From Lama guanicoe (lineage: Eukaryota), in assembly GCA_013239625.1 (NCBI GenBank), contig MU054187.1:10003231-10067230 (forward strand): a stretch of 64,000 bases of DNA, written 5' to 3'. The notes below the pieces were generated by a model that saw only the letters and a program-made list of their open reading frames with translations, was not told where the DNA came from and searched no databases. Below, piece by piece: positions 1 through 11,960 of the stretch. The first letter of the stretch is position 1; each line of letters starts with the position of its first letter. Both the position numbers and the translations under genes were made by a program.

Positions 1-530
1 TCGGCCGACTTTAGGTTCCTTCCGATATATAAGGTGACGTTGTTCTCTACGGTAGAACTCTCTGTGTGTACATTTCTCTCTCTCTTCAGAGCTCATTACA
101 GGTCCAACCCTAGCATTATTTTTCTCCCTCCTCTTATGTCCCTGTATGTCTGTGCTATGCCTTTGTGACCTGCTGTCACATGAGGCCGTGAGTATCTGAG
201 GGCATGCCTTTCTCCCCCCATGGGGCTGTGGTCCACCCCACAGTAGAAACTCTTGCTCATCTTTGCAGCTGCACGTCCTCGCCTGGAGGAACAGTAAGTG
301 CGTGGCACAGATCTGTTGAGAGAATGAATGAATTGCAACATCAGCAATAAAAGGGTCTTTCCTGTATTTTCTGGGCATCGGATTGTGGTGAAGGAGGGAA
401 GCTAGCCAGTCCTGTCTCTCCGTCCTCTTCTGCTAATTTTGGGGAGTGTGTAGACTTGTCTCTTAGTACAAATTTGTTTTTCCACACAGGACTAATAAAA
501 ACAGTCACTGATATATGATGTTTCTTTTAG

Positions 531-626
<96 letters not shown>

Positions 627-764
627 TAAATATTGAGCATTATTTATATTTCTTTTGTTTTTCTCCATATTTTAAAAATCAGTACTTTGTTGTGTAAGAT
701 GGTAAAAAAAGGAATATTTTGTTTTACTACCTTGATAATCAAGTACAACTGACCCAAACACACA

Positions 765-968
765 AATGAGAACACAAGTGAGACTGGGGACGTTTGCTTA
801 AGTTCGGGGGATTGCAGCAGTGTCAGTGCGTGGGTGTGGGGCTCCTGCTCCTGTTTTGCAAAATGCCACCATTAGGGGGACTTGGCAAACTGTACAAGAG
901 ACCTTTATTATTTCTGACACCTGCATGTGAAACCACAATTATCTTAATAAATATTTCAATTTTTAAAA
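765..968 (+). mobile_element. Old L1 (L1MC/MD-type) 3' end fragment
   Basis: Resembles recalled L1MD 3' end (ttttgcaaaatgccaccattagggg...ctgcatgtgaaaccacaattatc). Confidence 0.6.
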
Positions 969-1476
969 GTCTTCAGAAGGTATGTGAAGGTACAGGAATA
1001 TACCTATAATAGATGCTTGTAATTATGTCCCCTGATCATAAGCACGTCTGCACTAGGGAATCCTCTCTTTTACATATTAAGTGTATTTCATGCCAATTAC
1101 TTTATATTTTCATGTGATCAAAAGTCCAAACCAGCCTATATTTCTTTCGTTTTTTTTTTTTAATTAATTTTTCTTTTCCAAGAAAGTCATAGAGAGTGAG
1201 TAAAGATAGAGAAATCAGTAAGAAATAGGGATGAAAAAATGGCTCATCAGGGAAATGTGACTGTTAATCCTGCTAATAAAGAAGACAGTCTGGGGCACTC
1301 AAGACAGTGTCTTGGAATATTTCATTCATTAACCTTACACTGGACCAGAGCTACACAGTGTGTCTTTTTGATTAAGGGTAACGGTCACCACAAATAGCCC
1401 ATAGTCATGACTGTGTTAACACTGTTTTAGTGAATGTGGGCAAGGCTGGTGTGTCAATGCCTTTTTTTTTTTTCCT

Positions 1477-4262
1477 GATAATCTAGACGAAATGGACCAG
1501 CTTGTTAAAAGTCCTAATCTGCCAAAAACAATTTGAATAGGCCCAGATTTACTAAAGAATTTGAGAAGTGGGGGAACTGAAGACTTGTCACAGGGTAGTA
1601 GAAACTTTCAGTTTAAGATGAGCAAGTTCTGGGATCTAATGGACAGGATGGTGACTGTAGTTAATACTGTATTTTACACTTGAAAGTTGCTGTGAGCGTA
1701 GAGCTTTAATGTTCTCACCATAACAACAACAACAAAATGGTAATCGTGTGAGGTGAAGGATGTGTCAACTAGCTTTAGTGTGGTAGACATTTCAGTTATC
1801 ACATTGTGCACCTTAACCTTACACAGTGTTATATGTCAATTATATCTCAGTAAAGCTTGAAAAAACTCAAATTGATTGTGGTAACAGTAAAAAAAGAAAT
1901 TGAATTAATAACCTTCCAAAACAAAACAGCAAGCCCAGATGGGTTCCCTGATGAACTCTACCAAACATTTAGGGAATAATTCTACCAGTTCTCTACAACC
2001 CCTTCTAAGAGACAGAAGTGCTCCTAACTCATTCTGCGTGGCGGGCATCACTCCAACACCAAAACCAAAGACGTCACACGCAGAGAAAACTACAGATCGA
2101 CAGCAGATAGAATCCAGCGATGTATGGAGAGTACGAGACACCATGACCAAGTGGGGTTTGTGCCAGTTACGCACAGCTGGTTTACATTCAGTTAGAACGC
2201 CTCATCCAAATATACTCCGTTGCTTCAACAGGCTAGAGGAGAATAATCACATAATAGATGCAGAAGCTTTAAACAAAATCCAGCACCTTATTCGTGAGAA
2301 CTGTCAGCAAACTAGGAATAGAGGGGGACTTCCTCAACTCACTAGACAACATCTGCAAACACCTGCAGCCAGCATCACGTTCAGTGACTGGAAGCTTCCC
2401 TGCTAAGGTCAGAAACGACGCAGAGCTCTCCTCTCACCACTCCTCAGCATCTCTGTGGAAGTCCTAGCTAACGCAGCAAGGAGGTAAAAGGTGCACAGGC
2501 TGGGAAGGGATAAATAATACTGCCTTAGTGCATATGTGACATGATTGTAGAAAACGTGAAACAATCAGTAAAAAAACCTACACTGAGAAGTGGCTCTTGC
2601 AAGGCTGCAGGACACCAGGTCAATACACAGAAGCCAGCCGCTTTCCCATAGACTAGTCATGAACCAGTGGAATTTGAGATTTAAGTACAGTATCATTTAC
2701 ATTAGCACCTCCCCCCAAAGAAATATTTAGATGTAAATCTTACAAATATGTACAAGATCTATCTCTATGAGGATAACTACAGAACTCTTATGAAAGAAAA
2801 TGCTAAATAAAAGGAAACTCAGTATTGTCAAGATGTCAATTCTTCCCAACTTGATCTATAGATTCAGTGCAATCCCAGTAAAAATCCCAGCAAGTTATTT
2901 TGTGGATATCAACAAACTGACTAAAAAGTTCATACGGAGAGGCAGAATGCCCAAAGAGCCAGCACAACACTGAAGGAGAAAGAGCAGGCAGAAGACTGAC
3001 AGTACGTGACTTCAAGACTTTCTATAAAGTTACAGCAATCAAGACAGTGTGGTATTGGCAAAAGAATTGACAAATAGATCAATGGAACAGAACAGAGTCT
3101 AGAAATAGACCCAAGCAAGTATAGTTGACTGTTCTTTGACAAAAGAACAAAGGCAGTAAAATGGAGAAAAAATGCAGAACTGGGCACGCAGAAAAGTCAG
3201 TCTAGACACAGACCTTAACACCCCTCACAAAAATCAACTCAAAATGAATCACAGACCTCAATGTAAAACACAAAAACTATAAAACTCCTAGAAGATAACA
3301 GAAGAAAACCTAGAAGAACTTGGGCGTGGCAATGGCTCCTTAGATGCAACACCAAAGGCACCAGCGTGTGAGAGAGACAACTGGTAAACTAGACTTCACT
3401 GGTACTAAACTTTAATGTTCCGTGAATGACAATGTCAAGAGAGCAAGACAAGCCACAGACTGGAGGAAAATACTTGCAGAAGACACATCTAATAAAGGAC
3501 TCTGACCCAAATACAAAGAACTCTTAAAGCTCAATTATAAGAAAACCACCCAATTAAAAGATGAGCAAAAGATCTAGACACTTCACCAAAGCACAGACAG
3601 GTGGCAAATAAGCAAATGAAAAGGTGTTCCACATCGTTCACTAGGGAAATACAAATCGTGTCACCAGGGAGATTCACATTAACACAATGAGGCACCACTG
3701 ACATACCCATTAGAAAGGCCAAAATCCAGAACACGGACGGCAGCAGTGCTGGCAGTGCGGAGCAGGGGAACTCTCTCAGTGCTGGTGGGAACAGAACATG
3801 ATAACAGTCACTCTGGAAGATAGTTTGGTGGTTTCTAACAAAACTAAACATACTCTTACCCTGTGATCCAGCATTCATACTTGGTGGTATTTACCCAGAG
3901 GAGCTGAAACTTGATCACACAGAAACCTGCACACAGATGTTTACAGCAGTTTTATCTGTAACTGCCAAGACCTGGAAGCAACCACGTTGTCCTTAAGTAG
4001 ATGAATGGATATACTGTCATGGTAGATACATGTTAAAACCCATAGAACATACAACATCAAGAAGGAACCCTAATGTAAACTCTGGACTTGGTGACAATGA
4101 TGTGTCAGTGTAGGTTCATGAATTTTAACAAATGGACCATTCTTTGTGGGCTGTTGATAGATGGGGTAAGCCATGAGTGGTGGTGGGAGGTATACAGGAA
4201 TTCTGTTTTCCACTTAGTTTTATTGACCTTAAAAACTAGTAAAAATAAAATGTTTAAAAAAG
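1477..4262 (+). mobile_element. Degenerate 5'-truncated L1 (L1MC-like): ORF2 remnants plus 3' end, interrupted at 1565-1892
   Basis: ORF2-like segments (gcccagatgggttc, gatctatagattcagtgcaatccca, atagatcaatggaacagaacagag) and L1MC 3' end (aaccctaatgtaaactctggac); many stops and frameshifts. Confidence 0.85.
1565..1892 (+). mobile_element. Younger L1 3' end (L1MA9-like) nested in the L1MC element
   Basis: aagttctgggatctaat...atatgtcaattatatctcagtaaagct followed by an A-tail; flanked by aaagaatttga / aaagaaattga. Confidence 0.75.
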
Positions 4263-4384
4263 TGAGTCAATTGGTGGGGTATAATAATAAAAAGTCAGGA
4301 AACTATTTTTGGAGTTATAGAAAATCCCGTATATCTCATTCAATAAAATAGTTATTGCTGCTTAAAAAAAGCTATAGACTTTAG

Positions 4385-4680
4385 ATTTCAGAAATCTGAA
4401 TGTCAGTTATATATATTAAATTACAGTATTGTATCAGTGTTACATTTCCTGAATGTGGTAATGAGATTGTGACTGTGTAGGAGATAGTCCTTGTTCTTAG
4501 ACGGTACATGCTTAAGAATTTAGGGACAGAGTGTTAAGGTGTCTGCAACAAATAACCACCCCCCCATATGTACACAGAAATGTGGCAAAGTAAGAAATGG
4601 CGATATCAGGTATTCATTGCATTATATACTTTTCTTCAGGTTTTAATTTTTTCAAAATAGAGTTAGGGGAAAAAATTCTG
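4385..4680 (+). mobile_element. Old L1 (L1MC4/ME-type) 3' end fragment
   Basis: attgtatcagtgttacatttcctg...gtccttgttcttag resembles recalled L1ME 3' ends. Confidence 0.55.
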
Positions 4681-4719
4681 AATGTTTTAAGCAATATATT
4701 CATCTCCATGGTCAGATAG

Positions 4720-5680
4720 TCTGTTGGCTCACTTAGAATGGCTGTGATCAAAATGAATGACCATGTTAAGTGTTGGTGAGGACGTGGGGAAACTAGAAGC
4801 TTCTTACAATGTAAAATGGTTCTAATTCCTTAAAATGCTAAGCACAGAGTGACCATGATACCCAGCAGTTTCACTCCTAGGAATACAGCCCAAAGAAAAG
4901 AAAACATACGGCCACAAAAAGACATGTACATGAACATTCATGGCAGCGTTATTAACAATCTCCAACTATAAACAGCTCCCATGTCCGTCAGCTGGTCAGT
5001 GCACGAAGTGTGACACAGCCATGTGCTAGCACCACGCAGCGGGGCGGGGAGAAAAAACTACAGTTGACCCTTAACAACACAAGTTGAATTGTGCAGGTCC
5101 CCGTCCATGTGGAGTTTTTCAGTCAGTGCAGTACCTGTATTTTCATTTTACAGATCTTTAAATTAAGTGTGGGGGCAAGTTTGTGTTTGATTAGAGATCA
5201 CAGTATTTGGAATCTTAAGAAATAGGGTGTGAGTCCTGATTCAGTCCAAACTGTTTCAGCTTCCTGCCCCGGGTGAGTCATGTGTAAACTCTTTTTGAGG
5301 CAGAGACGGCAGTATGTGGGTTTCCGACTGCACAGCGGGTTTGGCACCGCTAATCCTTACTGCTGTTCAAGGGTCAACCACACTGATACATGGCACAGCC
5401 CAGCTGAACTTCAAACACATCATGCTAAGTGAAAGACACAAAGCAGCACATGTACAATTCCATTTATAGAGAATCCCAGGAAAGGAGAATCTTATGAGAC
5501 TAAAGGCGGATCAGTGTTTACATGGTGTTGGGCAGGTGGGAGTGGGGAGTGATTTTGCCAGTGAGCACAAGGGAGCTTCTTTCTGAGATGATAGAAATGT
5601 TCTAAAACTAGAGTGTTGTGGTTGAACAACTATAAAAATCATTGAAGTGTGTACATATATAAATGTCTGAATTAAAAATT
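4720..5680 (+). mobile_element. Old L1 (L1MB/ME-type) 3' region, split by a Tigger MITE
   Basis: gtgttggtgaggacgtggggaaactagaa, cccagcagtttcactcctagg, gatagaaatgttctaaaactaga. Confidence 0.65.
5061..5380. mobile_element. TcMar-Tigger non-autonomous DNA transposon (Tigger2a/MER8-like)
   Basis: Terminal inverted repeats ta|cagttgaccctt-aaca and tgttcaagggtcaac. Confidence 0.8.
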
Positions 5681-5750
5681 TTGGTTTAGCTCTGAGTAAA
5701 AAGATGTGAAGTGGTGGCTCTCTGAGATGTCTCCTCTGTGTGCCCTCCAG

Positions 5751-5860
5751 GCGCGTACGGCGAGACGTACCCTGCCATCGAGGTTGACACCCTCCTGCCT
5801 CCCGCACAGCTGCCCTCTGCGAGGGAGCGCAGGAGGAGCAAGTTGAAAGGACTGGACTCT
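5751..5860 (+). CDS. CSPP1: CSPP1 coding exon, (G)[36 protein letters not shown]
   Basis: ctccag acceptor, TCT|gtatgt donor; 110 nt, phase 1/0; conserved LPSARERRR motif. Confidence 0.93.
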
Positions 5861-6672
5861 GTATGTATGAAACACTCTTCTTTTTTTGAGGTTAGGAATG
5901 AGAGGTCTGGGTTCTGACCCATGCTCGATTGGTGTGGTCCAAGAAAGAGAGGACGTGCTCTGGAATAAGGTGGACGTGGGTCTGAACCCAGGCTCTGCCT
6001 CCAGATACGAGATGACCATGAGCGGGTCATTGGACTCTGGTGTCTTAGCTTCTTGGCGGTAGCGTTCTCCTCTCCCAGGGTGGCTGTAAGTGTCAGTCCC
6101 CTCCTTTCCCCTGCAGAGTATGTGAATTTCAGAGAAAGCACAAGAAGCAACTGACAGCCTCAGTCACCTAAGCGCATCATGCAGGCATCTGCTCCATTTC
6201 GGTCAGATAACTTGCCCAAGGCCACACTGACAGGAGGGCTGGCATTCAGATCCCATGACCTTTTCTCAGAATACGGGTGAATGTTTACACTCTGCCTGCA
6301 CAGAGCACCGGCTTTGGCGCCCTTACTCCATGTCCCCACAATGTCCCTTTGCTGGGTAAGCAACTCTGGGCAGTTTCTTAAACTCTGCATGTCACTGACG
6401 CTTATCCCCTAAGGTTTGGATTTTTTTCCTTCTGTATTTTATAATTCCTTACCTTTACCCAGTGTGGCCACATTAATGTTATCACAAGTCCTGTACCTTC
6501 ATCTGGGCCTGTGTGTGTACTCAACAGGAGTTAGAGTATAAATGCTAACATTTCGTTTCCTTTGTTCATCACACTGTACATTTATCAAGGGCAAGAACAT
6601 GTTTCAATTCACTGGCTTATTCTGAACTTATTTTATATCAATGAATTTCTGAAGTTGTTTTCTTAACTACAG

Positions 6673-6811
6673 GATGACAGTCACCCTAATGTACCACCAG
6701 ATGGCCTCTCTTTAAAATCTGTATCCAGTGTAAATGTCGATCAGCTTAGAGTGAGAAATGAGGAACGAATGCGAAGACTGAATGAACTTCAGAATAAACC
6801 TATTAATACAG
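6673..6811 (+). CDS. CSPP1: CSPP1 penultimate coding exon, [46 protein letters not shown](D)
   Basis: actacag acceptor, G|gtaaac donor; 139 nt, phase 0/1. Confidence 0.94.
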
Positions 6812-7568
6812 GTAAACGGCCAAATGTGTTGGCCGACTGCAAATTCTCTAAGAACTTGGAGGCTTTCATTGATGGCTGGGGGACAGAGGAAATGAATTTC
6901 ATAGCCGCTATCCAGCAAAACCAGAGTGAAGGATTCATTGTGCGGCAGATTCTTGCTACCAGAGGGGACACCCTGAACAGATGACGTTTCTGCCCATAAG
7001 TAAATCCGGGCTGTGCTTGCAGCAGGGAAAACGCTGATCAGTCTCGGCGTCTCACTTCCCCTACTGAAGTGGGGTTATCAAAAGTCAACTGTAAAACCTT
7101 GAGTTCTTTAGATTACACATCTATTATAAATTTGTAGTGCTACAAAGAAAAGTTTTTTACCTTTTTACTTGGCTTCCTTTACTATGGATAAAGCGAAACA
7201 GCCTCAGGTTAGTGTTCTCCTTGTATGACTCGCAGCAGGAGAGGTCACAGTGGTCGGTAGTCGGCACATCGTGTTGGGTGTCGTGGCCTCACTGCTTTGG
7301 CGCACAGCAGGTTGTAGTTTGAGTGCCGAGCTCGGGCCGGCAGGATGCTTCCTTAGGCAGCTACTGAGCTTCTCTGCGCCGCAGGCCACCTTCATGTCGG
7401 TGCTGTTAGTCATCCGCTTAGCGGAGCAGTGGGGCAGCGTTAAGCCCTGGTACTGGCTTTAGCAAATGTAGAGTGGTCTCTGCACAGTTCTCTGTAGTCT
7501 GTTAAGCTACAGTAATTTTCTAATAGCAGTTTCTTAAGATACTTTTGTATCTAACCTTTAATACTGTG

Positions 7569-7694
7569 GGGTCTTTCTCTTTTTTGGGGGGGGCAGAATT
7601 AGGGTTTATTTATTTTTAGAGAAGGCACTGGGGATTGAACCCAGGACTTCATGTATGCCAAGCATGCGCTCTACCACTGGGCTGTAGCCTCCCC
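7569..7694 (-). mobile_element. tRNA-Ala-derived SINE (camelid vic-1-like)
   Basis: Reverse strand gggaggctacagcccagtggtagagcgcatgc...ggttcaatcccc with A and B boxes and A-rich tail; TSD taatactgtg (7559-7568) / taatattgtg (7695-7704). Confidence 0.8.
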
Positions 7695-8734
7695 TAATAT
7701 TGTGTTAATTAAACCCTGTTCTCGTATACTCTCTAACAGTAAGACGTCATGAGTCCGGTGGGAATTTCATACCAAATGCCAGAGAACATGGCACACTGAG
7801 GGAGCAGTACTTGTCATATCGTACCTGCACAAGTGTGGACAGTGGGAAAGCAGTGCTCCTTTTGGCTGAATGGCATTTTAATCTAAGAGTTACCTATTCC
7901 TCAATTTCTTTTAGAACCAATAAGGTGAACTAACATTTAACAGGGATATACTTAAACTGAGAGAAAATAGAGCATTTGAAGTATCTTTTCCAGAAGGCTT
8001 TCAACTTCTAAACCTTTTTTCTTTTTTTTACATTGTCCTTTCAAACAGGAGCTTTTTGGTACGATGTGGATTGACTGCTCATTAAATTGGTACCACTGTC
8101 CCTTTGCTGGGCTAATCCTTCACAGTCCAGGAGATGTAATTAAAAAAAAAAAAAGAAAGAAACTGACATCACAGGGTAGGAAGACAGATTTTCCTATTAC
8201 ATCTAATAAGTAAAATAAGGTATAGATGTTGAGTACAGCCAATTAAAGAATGAAACACAAGTAAGAGCTGCCTCTTAATGGGGTAGACAACCAGCTTTCA
8301 GACTAGGTGTAAGGAGGGAGGTAACTTCACGCCCCGTCTAGTGCTTTCCTAAAATGACCTGATTTCCTCAAAGCAGTATTAGAAGTTGGGAGTATTTCCA
8401 AAACCCTTGCTAAAATAAAAACAAGTTTTGCGTGGCATCCTTCAGGTGACACAGGGTAAGACTACCTCCCCTTCTACAGTCGGTGACACTGGGCGCCGTC
8501 TCCCTGCTGCCTCTGCAGTCCCTGTGGGGCCGGCACCGTGGACTCACCTTGTTCAGGTGCTCGTTTCCTGCTTTATCGAACTGGCCCGTTCCGGGGTTTG
8601 CCTTCCTACCTCTTAAAGGAGGGGTCCGGACAAACCAGGACAGCTCAGAACCCAGTACTGCGGAGAAACGCCGCGCTGTAACGGGTTAGACTAAGACCTC
8701 TGTTCGCATCACCTGCTGCCGCCACCTTACCTGA

Positions 8735-8971
<237 letters not shown>

Positions 8972-9131
8972 ATAAACCTGTGCTGGACCCAGTAGTGCCT
9001 TTTAAGGTGAAAGGAATGTGAAATCTGAACCGTAACAGTATGTGCCACCATTGGCCCATGCCTGGCAGTTCCATCTGTACATAAGGTGTGTTTTTTCCAT
9101 GATGATGCATAGGATGTATATTATGTACATA

Positions 9132-9137
9132 AATAAA
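9132..9137 (+). terminator. CSPP1: Probable main CSPP1 polyadenylation signal (AATAAA)
   Basis: AATAAA 160 nt after the stop, preceded by several TGTA elements and followed by T/GT-rich sequence; other AATAAA at 8971, 9289 and 9611. Confidence 0.65.
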
Positions 9138-10459
9138 AGGCCATGATTATTAATTTATATGATGTAGGATTGTATAGAATTATTTTTGCACAGTTTTGCC
9201 ATAAACTAAACTAGGGTGGTAATGAACTCTTGGAATCAACTACCATATGTGCATTATTTTCACTTCTGCTTGTCAGTAAGGTAAGATGAATAAAACACGA
9301 GTGTCTTAACAGTCCTGTAAAACCAGAATACTGTTCTGTGTTCATCTGTTATCACTGTTCTCGGTGATTTTTCACTTAGTAGGAGTACTGGTTGTAGCTG
9401 TGACTGTCGCAGCTGCTGTGTAATGAGAATCAGACGTGTGCGCTTCCATGTCATTTATGGCTGCTTGAATATAAATGATTGATGGGAACTGTTTGTGATT
9501 TTATTCCCATGAGCCATGCACTAAATGTCACATCTTTCTGCCTCAATTTTTGTGCCAACGAAGGCATTAAGTTTGCTAATTTATGACTTAAATACTTCTT
9601 GACTGACAGAAATAAATTATTTTTATTACCAATAATCAGTTTCTTATTTTACGTGGACTAGATAAGGTGTTCGGGAAGTGGAGCAGAGGCAGGGACACCC
9701 AGGGGTCATGGCCAGGGGCCAGAGCCCATGCTGCACCACTGTGGACACGTGGATTAAGTGAGTCAAGTCTTTCTAGTCACTCTGTAAGAGGCACCTTTAA
9801 AAAAGGAAAGACTAATTCAAATTCCTGGAAATAATTCTTAATCTTTAGCACCACGACAGAACACTCCCAGGCACTGGGCTGCACGTTTCTACTGATGTGA
9901 TTAATAGGACAAAAGATCATATAAGTCCACCTCGTGTGAAATTTCACTGATATTTTAAATTTTAGCTGCATGTGAGTTTTAATGCTAATTTTTGTAATTA
10001 ATCACTTAAAGAGTTTTCTTCTAAGGCTTCATCTTACTCTCAGATGAAGATATCTGTCTCTGCTAGAAAGAGCCAGATATACCATAAAATAACAAACCGC
10101 CAAGTCTTTTGAAAACACTTACCCCTCAGAAAGATCAGAAGGTCACAGTGGCTCCCAGCTCTGGCATCCAGCGGGGCTTGAAGAGGGCTGTGTCTTGGGG
10201 GGGATAAATACGGTGCACTTACAGATGCTCTGTTTGGTGAATGCTCCTTGTCTAAGGTGTGAGAGCAAACACTGAACACTTCTAACACAACCCACAAAAT
10301 ACATAGCCTTACCGCTGGAAAAAAAATCAGAACTAAAAAAACACTGAATTTACATGTAGTTCTGGACGAGAACATCCTTTACCTAGCTGTCTGGCTTTTA
10401 ACAACAAGAGAATTAACGAAACACGGGGCCATGGATTACACAGGTTTTGATTGCACTGA

Positions 10460-11732
10460 TGAAATAATTCAAAAACTTTATTGACCTATAACCTGATTAG
10501 AATATGCCAGATGAGAATCAATATTGTACAGAAAGTTGTACAGAATTTTTTACATAGAAAACTTTACATCTGTACCATATACATTTTATCCATCTGAAAA
10601 AATTTTCTACATCCACTGTTTATACGGAATGCTTGACAATCTTGTCTTTTTTTTAACCATCAGAGCACAATTCACAGTATGAATACATTTCCAGTAAATC
10701 TAACCTCCTCAAACCATGCCAGATTTGTTATTTTAATATATTCAACATTAAATTCTGTACACAGAGTAAAATCTACATCAAGCCTTGCCACCCAAAAGAA
10801 AAGAAAGTGATAGCAACCTAGATTCATTTTGCAGTGATTCAAGTTTCGGTCCATGAAGGATCATTCTATTTTAATGGCTCACCTTTAGAAGCCCTAGGAG
10901 AAGGATATTACAGGTAGTTAACATCAGCAGGGACATTTTCCACCTCTTCTGTTGTTGATCATGACAAGTGTCAGCCACAACAGCTTCTGGGCATGTTCAA
11001 CCCTCAAAACAGCCACCCCCTCTAGAAAGGGCAAAACCAAAATCCCCACAAAATAAAAAGAGACAAAGTTTAACCCAAACGTTTAGTGCATTTGACAAAA
11101 TATTATAGATATTTAGCAAATGAATAAGAAAATAAAGAAATAAAATAAAACAGTGCAGGAAGAACTATATAATGTTTAAGATTTTTATATTACAGACCTG
11201 CATCTCTGTACATTTTTCACAGAAGGATGATTACCAGTATCTCAGATAGCCTGAGTGTGCAAAAATCTTCAGAATAAGAATACCATAGCTGCTAAATATC
11301 TTTTACCATGAACAATAATTTCTTCTCCCCAACCCCCAGGTATAAACATTTTATCCTTCAAAATACAGCTCTCCTGAGTTGTACTTCTTGCAGAAGTTCA
11401 AATCTTTACATCTGTAGTTCTTTGGGTAAGTTTCACTTCCACACCTGCCAAAATATGTGGGGCTCCCCCTGCACCCAGGACAGGGAAGGACACGTGGGCT
11501 GACACTGTGGAAACAGGCTTTTTGCTCGTGAGCCCAACACGACAAACAGAATCCATCAGGTTACGAAAGGGACTGGAGATTGCAGGTTCCAGCTGAAGTT
11601 CTAAGCTTCTTTACCAGTAACCCTTAGACATTGCCATTCAGAGAAACCGTTTTTCAGGTAGGAAAGCTCAGCTCCAGGGTTCTTTTAAAGAGCGGAGGGA
11701 TGTAAACGCCGAAAGAAAAATACTCAGTTCCA
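10460..11732 (-). other. ARFGEF1: ARFGEF1 3' UTR (cleavage site approximate)
   Basis: AU-rich stretch with no obvious repeats between the stop codon and the poly(A) signal, with several miRNA 8mer sites. Confidence 0.75.
10477..10482 (-). terminator. ARFGEF1: ARFGEF1 polyadenylation signal (AATAAA)
   Basis: tttatt on the + strand; six UGUA (CFIm) elements upstream in the mRNA at 10527-10611. Confidence 0.8.

Positions 11733-11960
<228 letters not shown>

Noticed and set aside
1939..2406. 155-aa ORF on the + strand
   Set aside because: Frameshifted L1 ORF2 debris, not a gene
10845..10852. Near-match to a miR-133 site (ttcggtcc versus tttggtcc on the + strand)
   Set aside because: Seed mismatch; loss of a site cannot be claimed without an alignment
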